Source: an uncultured Actinomycetota bacterium
Lineage (GTDB): Bacteria; Actinomycetota; Thermoleophilia; RBG-16-64-13
DNA: 64,000 nucleotides
Assembly (NCBI GenBank): GCA_963843455.1
Contig: CAWJKE010000016.1
Location: 159,506 to 223,505, forward strand
Direction of reading: 5' to 3'
The translations under genes were made by a program, and so were the position numbers. Positions 29,153-38,255 of the stretch are shown piece by piece. Below the pieces are notes generated by a model that saw nothing but the letters and a program-made list of their open reading frames with translations, was not told the origin of the DNA and ran no database searches. Positions within the stretch are counted from its first letter, which is position 1, and every line of letters begins with the position of its first letter.

Positions 29153-29456
29153 CTATTCCCGCGTGACCTCGGCGGCCAGATCGTAAGCCCGGACACTGAC
29201 CCCATCCAGGAGTTCGCCGATCTTGGCTAGACGCTGCTTGAACCCCTCGCTCGCGCGCCACTCCTCGATGACCTGCGGCGTTGGGCCATTCGCCAAGGCT
29301 TATGAAATGCGTCGGGTCTTCTGTATCCCGGAACAGCCTGCCCCACCCTGGGGTGAAATCAGTGGTGCTCCAGCGGGCAAGCTCCCGCCAGGCATCCACG
29401 AACTCCTGCTCGTGACCCGGCTTCGCGTGCCAATCTCCGGACGAATAGACGGCCAT
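29153..29456 (-). pseudogene. antibiotic-biosynthesis-monooxygenase (ABM)-like small protein, +1 frame disruption near 29277
   Basis: MAVYSSGDWHAKPGHEQEFVDAWREL...FISLGEW sits in one frame with a GGAGGAGG ribosome-binding site. The C-terminus (PTPQVIEEWRASEGFKQRLAKIGELLDGVSV...) is in the +1 frame after CCC in GAATGGCCCAACGCC. Confidence 0.6.
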
Positions 29457-29591
29457 GATGTGCCTCCTCCAGCAGGTTGCTCGTTTCTCCTCCCTTACTT
29501 CCCGTAGAGGGGGCCGGATAACCGTCCGTCGGGCATCAAGATCGAACATGGTGTAGCATTATAACCGTACAAGCGATTATATGAGGCAGGC

Positions 29592-30731
29592 ATGAAGCGC
29601 CTTTCATTTCTTGACAGATACCTAACCCTCTGGATCTTCCTGGCCATGGCCATTGGGGTGGCGGCTGGTTACGTCTGGCCCCAGATCGGCAAAGCCATCC
29701 AGAGCGCCTCTATCGGCACTACTTCGATCCCCATAGCGATCGGCCTCATCGTCATGATGTACCCGCCGCTCGCTAAGGTGCACTACGAAGAACTGGGAGA
29801 CGTTTTCCGCAACACGAAGATCCTGGGGCTCTCTTTGGTACAGAACTGGGTCATCGGTCCCATCCTCATGTTCTTCCTCGCCGTCCTGCTCTTGTCCGAC
29901 AAGCCCGGGCTCATGCAGGGCGTGATCATGATCGGACTGGCCCGCTGTATCGCCATGGTCATCGTCTGGAACGAACTGGCCAAGGGCGACAGCGAGTACG
30001 CCGCTGGACTGGTGGCCTTCAACTCGGTGTTCCAGGTGCTCTTCTACTCGGTCTACGCCTACTTCTTCCTCACGGTTCTTCCCGGATGGCTCGGCCTGGA
30101 ACAGGCGACCGTGCACGTGAGCATGGCCCAGATCGCCCAGAGTGTGGCGATCTATCTAGGCATTCCGTTCGTCGCCGGGATCATCACCCGGTTCACCCTG
30201 CTGCGTTTCAAGAGCCGGGAGTGGTACGACCACGAGTTCATCCCCCGCATCAGCCCCATCACCCTGATCGCGCTCTTGTTCACCATCTTGGTGATGTTCT
30301 CGCTCAAGGGAAAGATCATCGTACAACTGCCGCTCGATGTGGTCCGGGTGGCTATTCCACTGCTCATCTACTTCGTCATCATGTTCTTCGTCAGCTTCTA
30401 CATGGGCAAGAGGGTGGGCGCCGATTACCGCAAAAGCACGACCCTGGCCTTCACCGCCGCGTCCAACAACTTCGAGCTGGCCATTGCAGTGGCCATATCC
30501 GTGTTTGGCCTTGCCTCGGCGCAGGCTTTCGCCGCGGTCATCGGTCCGTTGGTGGAAGTGCCGGTGATGATCGGGTTGGTTAATGTCGCCTTCTGGCTCC
30601 AGCGTCGCTATTGGCCGGCCAACGAGACTGATGCAGCGTCAGCCCTGGCAACAGTGGAGGGTCAGGATCTGGGCTGCCCGACCGTGATCGGCCGCCCGTT
30701 TCAAGGAGAGACCAAGGCGGGAGATACGTAG
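29592..30731 (+). CDS. acr3: arsenite efflux transporter ACR3
   Basis: 379 aa with ACR3/ArsB-family topology and conserved motifs ([30 protein letters not shown]). Confidence 0.9.
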   Translation: MKRLSFLDRYLTLWIFLAMAIGVAAGYVWPQIGKAIQSASIGTTSIPIAIGLIVMMYPPLAKVHYEELGDVFRNTKILGLSLVQNWVIGPILMFFLAVLLLSDKPGLMQGVIMIGLARCIAMVIVWNELAKGDSEYAAGLVAFNSVFQVLFYSVYAYFFLTVLPGWLGLEQATVHVSMAQIAQSVAIYLGIPFVAGIITRFTLLRFKSREWYDHEFIPRISPITLIALLFTILVMFSLKGKIIVQLPLDVVRVAIPLLIYFVIMFFVSFYMGKRVGADYRKSTTLAFTAASNNFELAIAVAISVFGLASAQAFAAVIGPLVEVPVMIGLVNVAFWLQRRYWPANETDAASALATVEGQDLGCPTVIGRPFQGETKAGDT

Positions 30732-30751
30732 GACCGAAGGAGGTGTTGGCG

Positions 30752-31474
30752 ATGGAGACCCTGGCGCTCTTCTCTGACGTGCACGGCAACCGCTTGGCCC
30801 TTGAGGCGGTTCTCGATGATCTCGAGGCCCGAGAGATCCCGACGGCCTACTGTCTGGGCGATCTGGTGGGCTATGGTCCCGATCCCAATGGAGTGATCGA
30901 CCTGCTGCGCAGCCGTGGGATCGAGAGCCTGCTCGGCAACTACGACGAAGGCGTCGGCTGGGAGACGGGCGATTGCGGCTGCTTCTTCCCGGACGCCGAG
31001 GCCCAACGGATCGGCGAGGCGTCTTACGCCTTCACGGTGGCCACAGTGACCGCCGAGAACAAGGCGCATTTGCGCACTCTCCCGCGGGAATTACACATCG
31101 AACTGGCTGGTAAGAAGGTCCACTTGGTGCACGGCAGTCCACGTCGCATCAACGAGTATCTGCTCCGCGATCGGGATGAACGAACCTATGTGCGGCTGGC
31201 GGAGGCCGAGTCGGATGATGTCCTCGCGTTTGGCCACACCCATGACCCGTGGTTCCGCTGGTACAAGGGCAGACTGTTCGTGAATGTGGGCTCGGTGGGG
31301 CGGCCAAAGGACGGCGATCCCCGAGCCATGTACGTCGTTCTCACGTCATCCGTAGGCGAGCCGGTGGATGTGGAGATCAGGAGGGTCGCGTACGACGTGG
31401 GCGCGGTCGCCGCGGCCATTTTGGGCGTCGGCCTGCCGGCGACGCTCGCCGAGGCGTTGAGGGGCGGCCACTGA
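30752..31474 (+). CDS. metallophosphoesterase (YfcE/MJ0936-like)
   Basis: Motifs DVHGN, GDLVGYGP and GHTH. AAGGAGG ribosome-binding site 9 nt upstream of the ATG at 30752. Confidence 0.75.
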   Translation: METLALFSDVHGNRLALEAVLDDLEAREIPTAYCLGDLVGYGPDPNGVIDLLRSRGIESLLGNYDEGVGWETGDCGCFFPDAEAQRIGEASYAFTVATVTAENKAHLRTLPRELHIELAGKKVHLVHGSPRRINEYLLRDRDERTYVRLAEAESDDVLAFGHTHDPWFRWYKGRLFVNVGSVGRPKDGDPRAMYVVLTSSVGEPVDVEIRRVAYDVGAVAAAILGVGLPATLAEALRGGH

Positions 31475-31491
31475 TCGGCCGGAAGTCGAAC

Positions 31492-32253
31492 ATGTCCATC
31501 CGTCTCGCAATCATCGCCGACTACGGGCCGGAGGACCCGTCGCGCCGGTCGGCGGAAAGGGCTCTCGCTCACGCGGCCGATGCCCTCAGTCTCGAGCTTG
31601 AGGTAGAGTGGTTACCTACCACCACGCTGGACAGAGACTCAAGCCGCGCCTCCTTGTCGGGATTCGACGGCATCTTCGCCCCCGGAGGCGACTACGAGAA
31701 CAAGGACGGCGGGTTGGCGGCGATCCGCTTCGCCCGAGAGGCGGGCTGGCCTTTCTTTGGCACCTGAGGAGGCTTTCAACATGCTCTGGTAGAGCATGCA
31801 CGCAATGTTCTGGGAGTACGCGACGCCGATCACGAAGAGACCGCGCCGCACGCGTCGACGCTCGTTATCACCCGGCTGGTATGCTCTCTTGGAGGCACGG
31901 AAGGGGTAACCTACGTGCTTCCGGGCACGCTCGCCTTCAAGGCGTATGGGGCTGACCGTTCTGTTGAGAAGTTCCTGTGCAACTACGGCCTGAACGAACG
32001 CTATCGCGATCTGATGTTCGCGGGCGACCTCAGGATCGCGGGCGAGGACGGCGAGGGCAACGTGAGGATCATCGAGCTTCAGTCGCACCCCTTCTTCGTG
32101 GCCACCCTGTTCGTCCCCCAGTTGTCCTCGGGACCCGGCAGGCCGCACCCGCTCGTCGTGGCCTTCCTGCGGGCCGCCAAGGCGTTCCGCGGCTCCCGAG
32201 GATCTGGCGGCGTCCTCACCACCGAGAGGACAGGCGATGGCCAAGCAAACTGA
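31492..32253 (+). CDS. CTP-synthase-like class I glutamine amidotransferase domain protein with in-frame TGA (31765..31767) at the catalytic-Cys position; candidate selenoprotein or nonsense-inactivated pseudo-enzyme
   Basis: A single reading frame 31492..32253 is interrupted only by TGA. PGGDYENKDGGLAAIRFAREAGWPFFGT*GGFQHALVEHARNV aligns to E. coli PyrG [44 protein letters not shown]. The C-terminus HPFFVA...HPLVVAFLRAA is conserved, but the catalytic His and Glu are replaced (FVPQL versus FHPEF). Confidence 0.55.
31780..31798 (+). promoter_or_regulatory. candidate bacterial SECIS-like stem-loop (CATGCTC-TGGTA-GAGCATG) starting 12 nt after the in-frame TGA
   Basis: Perfect 7-bp stem built from rare AT-ending codons (CAT GCT CTG GTA GAG CAT) in a high-GC gene. 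The loop contains GU. Confidence 0.4.
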
Positions 32254-32620
32254 CAGTCAGAACCCCTGGATCGGGCGGGAGCTATTCGACGCGCGCGGCC
32301 TGAAGATCGGCACGGTCAGTGGCCTTAGCCTTCCGCGCAGGAAGTTCGGCACCATTTGGCTGCTGGTGGAGACCGAGGCCGGTGATAAGGTGCCCGTGCC
32401 TCTCATCGGGATCCGCTCCTCGGGGGATCGTCTAGTGCTGCCGTACCCCAAGTCCTACGTAGAGAGCGGACCCACTGTGGCGCATGACGGGCCGCTCTCG
32501 CAGGCGGAGCTACGCCGGTTGGCCCTGCACTACGGCTTCGACGACCAACTGCCGGGCGCCGCCGGCTGCCACGGCTGCGGTCTCTGCCGGGCCGGGAGGC
32601 GAGCGGGGCGGCCTCGGTGA
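32237..32620 (+). CDS. PRC-barrel-like domain protein
   Basis: The ATG overlaps the preceding stop. N-terminal 90 aa look PRC-barrel-like, and the C-terminus is low-complexity. Confidence 0.45.
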   Translation: MAKQTDSQNPWIGRELFDARGLKIGTVSGLSLPRRKFGTIWLLVETEAGDKVPVPLIGIRSSGDRLVLPYPKSYVESGPTVAHDGPLSQAELRRLALHYGFDDQLPGAAGCHGCGLCRAGRRAGRPR

Positions 32621-32644
32621 CTCGCGCGAATCGGGGCTAGCTCG

Positions 32645-33985
32645 ATGGAACGCATCGACGTCATCGTTGTAGGCGCCGGACAGGCTGGCCTAGCCCTGAG
32701 TCACGAACTGAGCGCCGGCGGGGTGGAACACGTCGTGCTCGAGCGCGGCCGTGTGGGCGAGTCGTGGCGCCATCGCTATGACAGTTTCTGCTTGGTCACT
32801 CCTAACTGGACCGTGCGGTTGCCCGGCCACCCGTACCGCGGGCCGGACCCTGATGGCTTCATGGTGCGCGACGAGATCGTCGCCGACTTGGAAGAGTATG
32901 CCAGCGGTTTAGAGGCGCCGCTGCGTGAGGGGATCTTCGTGACCCGGGTGGAACCGCTACCCGAGGGCGGCTTTCTCGTTCGCACCCGGGCGGGGGATCT
33001 CAGCAGTCGCGCCGTGGTGCTGGCTACCGGTACCTTCCAGCGGCCCCATCGACCGGCGGTCGCCGAGACCTTGCCCCCCGGCCTGCCCCGGATCAACGTC
33101 GACGCATACCGCAACGAAGGCGCCCTCCCCCCTGGGAAGGTGCTTGTCGTCGGGAGCGGCCAGTCCGGAGCGCAGATCTGCGAAGAGCTGTGCCAGGCGG
33201 GGCGCGAAGTCGTCCTGGCCTGTGGCAAGGCGGCCTGGGTCCCGCGTCGTCTCGGGGGCCGGGACATCTTCTGGTGGCTTGACAAGGTGGGTTTCTTCGA
33301 CCAGACGCTGGAGAGCCTCCCCACCCCGGCCGCGCGCCTGATCCCCAATCCCATGGCAACCGGTCACGATGGCGGTCACGATCTGCACCTGCGTACGCTC
33401 AAGGCCATGGGGGTGACTCTTGCCGGGCACTTCCTGGGGACGGAGAACGGTCGGGCCCACTTCGCGCCGGACCTGCCGGAGAGCGCCGCCTGGGGAGATC
33501 AGCGCTACCGTGACCTCATGGGTCTGATGAAGCGCTTCGCCGCGGAGCAGGGAATCGATCCGCCGCCGATGTACGAGCCGGAACCCCTTGTCGACCGAGG
33601 GCCCGAATGGCTGGATCTCTCCGGCGTCGGCATCGTCATTTTCGCCGGCGGTTTCCGCCCGGGATACCTCTCCTGGCTGCCGCAGCCCCAGGCGTTCGAC
33701 GATCTCGGCTTTCCACACCAGCAAGACGGGGTCAGCACGGTCGTCCCCGGGCTATTCTTTGTGGGCGTCCATTTCATGCGCACGCGCAAGTCCTCGCTCC
33801 TCTTCGGGGTGGGCGACGACGCCGGTCTCGTCTCCGGTCGAATCGGCGACTTCCTCAGGAGCGGACCCCCGTCACAGGATGCACAAAGCTGTAGGGCAGC
33901 CGATACCCCGATGGATAGGGATGAAAATGCGGCGCCGGAGCGTCGGCGTCCGGCCGGTTCAGCATGCCCAGAAGGGGCACCTTGA
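32645..33985 (+). CDS. flavin-containing monooxygenase / FAD-NAD(P)-binding oxidoreductase (CzcO-like)
   Basis: Two dinucleotide-binding motifs (GAGQAG and GSGQSG). The C-terminal ~40 aa are low-complexity and overlap the convergent gene by 130 nt, so the true end may be earlier or frame-shifted. Confidence 0.7.
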   Translation: MERIDVIVVGAGQAGLALSHELSAGGVEHVVLERGRVGESWRHRYDSFCLVTPNWTVRLPGHPYRGPDPDGFMVRDEIVADLEEYASGLEAPLREGIFVTRVEPLPEGGFLVRTRAGDLSSRAVVLATGTFQRPHRPAVAETLPPGLPRINVDAYRNEGALPPGKVLVVGSGQSGAQICEELCQAGREVVLACGKAAWVPRRLGGRDIFWWLDKVGFFDQTLESLPTPAARLIPNPMATGHDGGHDLHLRTLKAMGVTLAGHFLGTENGRAHFAPDLPESAAWGDQRYRDLMGLMKRFAAEQGIDPPPMYEPEPLVDRGPEWLDLSGVGIVIFAGGFRPGYLSWLPQPQAFDDLGFPHQQDGVSTVVPGLFFVGVHFMRTRKSSLLFGVGDDAGLVSGRIGDFLRSGPPSQDAQSCRAADTPMDRDENAAPERRRPAGSACPEGAP

Positions 33986-34469
33986 GCCAACCCCTCTCGA
34001 ACGAGGTGAAGAAGGTCACGTTCCAGTGGAGCTTCTTGAAGAGCCACTTGCCGTCTTCCTTCACATACTCGTTCTCGTAGTAGCCGTGGACCCACTGCTG
34101 CCGGGGGATGCCGCCCACGATCATGGCCTCGGCCAGCCAGGTGGTCCATCTCCCCTTGGCTGTGACGCCCGACGGGTCGATGTCGATGACGGCGCCATCC
34201 ATGAGAATGAGGATGTTGATCCATCCCGGTGTCTCTGTCTGGCCGGGCTGGAGTAGATCGTTGTCCAGAAAGAACTTCTTCACCCCGGCTTTGCCAAGAA
34301 AGAGGCCGGTGCTCTCGATCTCGATGGATTCGGTGTCCTCCGAGAAGAGGCTCGCCACTTCCTCACGATGGTGGGCGTCCATGTAGAAGCCGTACTTGCG
34401 CTGCATATCCTCGATGGCCTGGATATCCTCCAGGCGGATCACTTCGCGTTCGAGCTCATCCAGGTTCAT
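33855..34469 (-). CDS. NTF2-like (SnoaL-like) domain protein, paralog 1
   Basis: 204 aa. A paralog of the 34484..35113 gene, with conserved WxHGxYENxYVKExGxWxxKKLH. Confidence 0.65.
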   Translation of the reverse strand: MNLDELEREVIRLEDIQAIEDMQRKYGFYMDAHHREEVASLFSEDTESIEIESTGLFLGKAGVKKFFLDNDLLQPGQTETPGWINILILMDGAVIDIDPSGVTAKGRWTTWLAEAMIVGGIPRQQWVHGYYENEYVKEDGKWLFKKLHWNVTFFTSFERGWLKVPLLGMLNRPDADAPAPHFHPYPSGYRLPYSFVHPVTGVRS

Positions 34470-34483
34470 GATCCGCCGCCCCG

Positions 34484-35113
34484 TCAGTCGCCGGTAATGG
34501 GGTGCTCGAAGGAGAACGGCACTTGGTAGCCCGAGGGATAGGGCGAGTAGATCGTCGGCTCCGCGTCCGGCGGGATCACCTTATCCGGCCCGTGCTGTCC
34601 CACCACGGGCACGTTGAGCCACCCATCCTCGAAGGGCGTGCGGAAGACAAGGTTGAAGTGGAGCTTCTTGAGCTTCCAGATGCCCCCTTCTTTCACATAT
34701 GAGTTCTCATATATCCCGTGGATCCAGGTCTGCCGCAACTCGCCCTCGTGCAACGAGACAGTCGGTTTGGCCTCCATGCCCATGCCGTACCACCGCCCAG
34801 TGGCGGTAGCGCCGCCGGGTTCGACGGTGACGACGCCCTGCAACTGGAACATTATCGACAGCCACCCGGGCCTCTGCGCACGGCCGGGGCCTCCGCCCAG
34901 AAGGTCGACGAAATAGCGCTTCACGCTGTCCTTGCCCTGGTATACGCCCCGGTCGGCCTCCTCGACGCTCGGATCGTCGTCGGTGAAGAGGTCAACTACC
35001 TTCTGCCAATCGCCGTAGTCCTGGTAGTAGCCGAATATCTTCTGGAGGTTCTCGATCTTCTTGATGTCGTCCAGCCGAGTCAATCGCGCCTGGAGTTCTT
35101 CTAGCGTCGCCAT
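34484..35113 (-). CDS. NTF2-like (SnoaL-like) domain protein, paralog 2
   Basis: 209 aa, tandem with paralog 1. Confidence 0.65.
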   Translation of the reverse strand: MATLEELQARLTRLDDIKKIENLQKIFGYYQDYGDWQKVVDLFTDDDPSVEEADRGVYQGKDSVKRYFVDLLGGGPGRAQRPGWLSIMFQLQGVVTVEPGGATATGRWYGMGMEAKPTVSLHEGELRQTWIHGIYENSYVKEGGIWKLKKLHFNLVFRTPFEDGWLNVPVVGQHGPDKVIPPDAEPTIYSPYPSGYQVPFSFEHPITGD

Positions 35114-35116
35114 GGC

Positions 35117-36294
35117 CTACCCCTTACCGATCGTCGTCGCCGTCTTGCCCGGGGTGCTCAGAGCCTCCATCGCCGCCTCGTTCAGTTCCACTCCGAGCCC
35201 CACGCCCGTGGGCGGGTAGAGATACCCACCTTCGTAGCGGGGCACGTTCACGGCCAGGTCATCGGTGATGGGCTCGCTGACCGTATCGAACACATCGTGG
35301 ATATGAAGAGGGCCGATGTTTTCATGCACGAGTTTGGACATCCACTCGTCGGCCACGAGCAGATGGGTGTAGGCGGCCGCCTCGAGACCCGAACCCATCA
35401 TGCACCCGCAGACGACCGGCAGTCCCGCGGCCTTGGCCACCGTGACCCACTTCTGGGCGCGCAGCAGCCCGCCCGCCTTGGGGATCTTGATGAAGAACCC
35501 GTCGGCAGCGTTCTTCTGGACTATCTCCATGAGGTGCTTCAGCTCAATGGCCGCCTCGTCGGCGAACACGGGTATGCCTGTCTTCTGGCGCAGGCGTGCC
35601 ATGCCGTCCACGTCCCACCAGGGAACAGGCTGCTCCACCATGGCAAGGTCGTACTTCTCCAACTTCTTGAGGATCATGAGCGCCTGATAATAGTTCCAGG
35701 CTCCGTTGGCATCGATGAAGATCTCGATGTCGTCCCCCACCTCTTCCCTCAGGGTCCTCAGGTTCTCCACGTCTTCGTCGCCCGACCCGGCGCCGGTCTT
35801 GAGTTTGAGAACCCGGAAACCGGCCGCGACCGCCCCGGTGCCGATGCGGATGATCTCCTCCAGAGGTCCGGCGGGCAGGACGAATCCCAGGGGGACTCTT
35901 TCGGTGGTAAGCCCGCCGAGCAGTTTGTACACGGGCACGCCCAGCGCTTTGCCCATGATGTCGTGGAGGGCGTAGTCGATGACCGCCTTTGCCTGGTTGT
36001 TGTCGCGGGCGGCGACATCCATGCGGGCCACGATCTTCTCGATGTTGAAGGGGTCCTCGCCCAGGAGGATGGAGGGGGCGAAGATGTTGTTGATGACGCT
36101 CATTATCGAGTCCTGGCTCTCGCCCCGGTACCAGGCCGACGTGCCTCCTGTGTCGCCCAAGCCGATGATGCCGTCATCGGTGTGGATCTTCACCACCACG
36201 CCCGCTGATCCCAGTTCCACCCCGCCGCCCATGGGAAAGGGCTTCTTGAACTTGGCCGTTACCGGAAAGCATTCGATCTTCGTGATGCGCACTA
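35117..36294 (-). CDS. mandelate racemase / muconate lactonizing enzyme family protein (enolase superfamily)
   Basis: GTG start (VRITKIE) with a GGGAGG ribosome-binding site. MR/MLE N-terminal and TIM-barrel motifs (KLKTG, DANGAW, FADE). Confidence 0.75.
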
Positions 36295-36306
36295 GAACCT
36301 CCCGAA

Positions 36307-36969
36307 CTAGCGGACAAGCGGGCGCAGGATCGCACGGCAGGGACCGGCATCGCCCTTGAGCAGAAGAAGTGGCAGACAAAGCAGTTCGTACTCGCCGGGC
36401 GGCACATTGGCAAGAGCACAGCCTTCCAGAATGTACACTCCCGCCGTGAGAAGCGACATGTGCGTTCGCACGATGCTGTCGTTGTCGTTGAAGTAGCCTA
36501 CCGTGATGCAGTCCATGCCGAAGAGAAGTATCTCCTTCTCGGCAAGGTAGACGGCCGCTTCCTCACCAAGGTACACGTAGTCCTCGAGCCAGGTCGGTGA
36601 TTCGTATACCCTGGGCGAGTTGGCCGTCTTGCAGAGGATCCGCTCGCCCTTCCTGATGTTGTGCTTTTCCAGTTCCTGCACCTTGATCGTTTGCGGGTCC
36701 TCGATCTCGATAACCCGCGCCGGGCCTATGGTCGCGTCGAGTGCCATGTCGGTCACCGTGGAGCCGTCGGGGATGAAGTGACGAGGACAGTCGATGTGCG
36801 TACCGGTGTGCGAGAGCATCTCCAACATGGTGATGGTCACCGGTGACCCGAGTTCCGCCTCGTGGAGGCGGTAGATCTTCGGCTTCACAGGATCCAGGAT
36901 CAGGTTGTGCATTCCCTGCTTCAGGGGCAGCGAGATGTCGTACCAACCCGGGGGGGCTGTTCCAGCCAT
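36307..36969 (-). CDS. cyclase family protein (kynurenine-formamidase-like)
   Basis: ATG at 36969 (MAGTAPPGW) with an AAGGAGG ribosome-binding site. HTGTHIDCPRHF motif. Confidence 0.75.
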   Translation of the reverse strand: MAGTAPPGWYDISLPLKQGMHNLILDPVKPKIYRLHEAELGSPVTITMLEMLSHTGTHIDCPRHFIPDGSTVTDMALDATIGPARVIEIEDPQTIKVQELEKHNIRKGERILCKTANSPRVYESPTWLEDYVYLGEEAAVYLAEKEILLFGMDCITVGYFNDNDSIVRTHMSLLTAGVYILEGCALANVPPGEYELLCLPLLLLKGDAGPCRAILRPLVR

Positions 36970-37150
36970 GAGAGCCTCCTTCATGCGCGATCGACAGCGC
37001 CGGCCAGAGCGCACCCCACCATACTTGCGGCCCATCCGGCAGTCAAGAACTCCACCAAGATGAGCTATTCTTGGCCATCGGGCAGGTTTGGGCCACCCGA
37101 GCGCTGTGGAGCCGGCCGTCCGCAAGTGCCCAGAAGGGAAGGACTGATCG

Positions 37151-38242
37151 ATGCCAAACAACCAATACGCCAAGCTCGTCCAGCCCCTGCGGCTCAGGAC
37201 CGAGCTGATTCATCCCTCCTTTCGCGGCAAGATCGCCGACTTCTCACTGGTCTATGACGAGAAGGCCATGCCTGAGTCCCCCATTTGGACGGAGACTTAC
37301 CACGCCTACGCACCCGGAACAGGTGTCATGGCTCCGAGCCACCTGGCTCCCGTCGTCGACGGCAGGCCGGTGGAGGCACTCAGGAGTGTGGGGCAGCACG
37401 CCCACAATGATTTCGACGAGGTCTACTTCTTCTACGGGACCGACCCCATAGATAACACCCGCCTGGGCGGGCAAGTCGAGATGTGGCTGGGGCACGGAGA
37501 AGACGCCCAGAAGTTCGTCATGAAAGACCCGACCGCCGTGTACGTGCCCAAGGGGCTGGCTCACAACCCCTGGATCGTCACCAAGGTCACCGACGCCAAG
37601 CATCCCATCATGATAACCACCGTCGCCTTGACCAAGAACTACAGCCTGGGCCCCGACGCGGTCACGAATTATCCGTACCCCCCGACGTTCTCCCCGGACC
37701 TGATCGGGGCGCCGCAGCCCGGGAACGGGAAGTACGCCCACTTGGTCAACCGACTCACCTTGTCGCAGGACATCTACATCTCCTTCCTTATCGGTAGAGT
37801 CTGCACGCCGAATCTGATGTTCGACGACAAGGTCTGCCGGGCGCCGTTGTGGGCGGAATTCTTCCTGGTCTATGCCGGCGGGACCGGAGTGGGAGTCCCC
37901 ACCTTGGCCGACATCGCCAAGAACGACGCCATGTCCTACTGGGATTGGACCAAGGGGATGCAGCACTATCAGAGCTATGACGAGGTGTTCCTCTACCTCC
38001 CCACCGACCCCTATGAGACTCTGGATCTCGGAGGAGAAGCAGTGGCCTACCTCGGGGACGAGAGCTACAGCATCACCGAGCCATCGGCCGTCTACGTCCC
38101 AGGGAAAGTGCTCCACAATCCCAATTACTACAAGCGGGTGGATCGGCCCTACTACATGATCGTGCTGGCTATGACCGACAACGCCAAGTTTCACGAAGGC
38201 GAGTTCACGCCGGTCCCTGCGCCGGACACCTTCAGGTTCTAG
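37151..38242 (+). CDS. bicupin protein (two cupin-like domains)
   Basis: 363 aa. Internal duplication (VYVPKGLAHNPWIV...HPIMITTVAL versus VYVPGKVLHNPNYYKRVDRPYYMIVLAMT). Confidence 0.65.
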   Translation: MPNNQYAKLVQPLRLRTELIHPSFRGKIADFSLVYDEKAMPESPIWTETYHAYAPGTGVMAPSHLAPVVDGRPVEALRSVGQHAHNDFDEVYFFYGTDPIDNTRLGGQVEMWLGHGEDAQKFVMKDPTAVYVPKGLAHNPWIVTKVTDAKHPIMITTVALTKNYSLGPDAVTNYPYPPTFSPDLIGAPQPGNGKYAHLVNRLTLSQDIYISFLIGRVCTPNLMFDDKVCRAPLWAEFFLVYAGGTGVGVPTLADIAKNDAMSYWDWTKGMQHYQSYDEVFLYLPTDPYETLDLGGEAVAYLGDESYSITEPSAVYVPGKVLHNPNYYKRVDRPYYMIVLAMTDNAKFHEGEFTPVPAPDTFRF

Positions 38243-38255
38243 GAGCCGACTCAAG

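Noticed and set aside
31765-31767. TGA in the GATase gene read as Trp (alternative genetic code)
   Set aside because: Many genes in the window terminate with TGA, including several ATGA stop/start overlaps, so TGA is a genuine stop in this genome.
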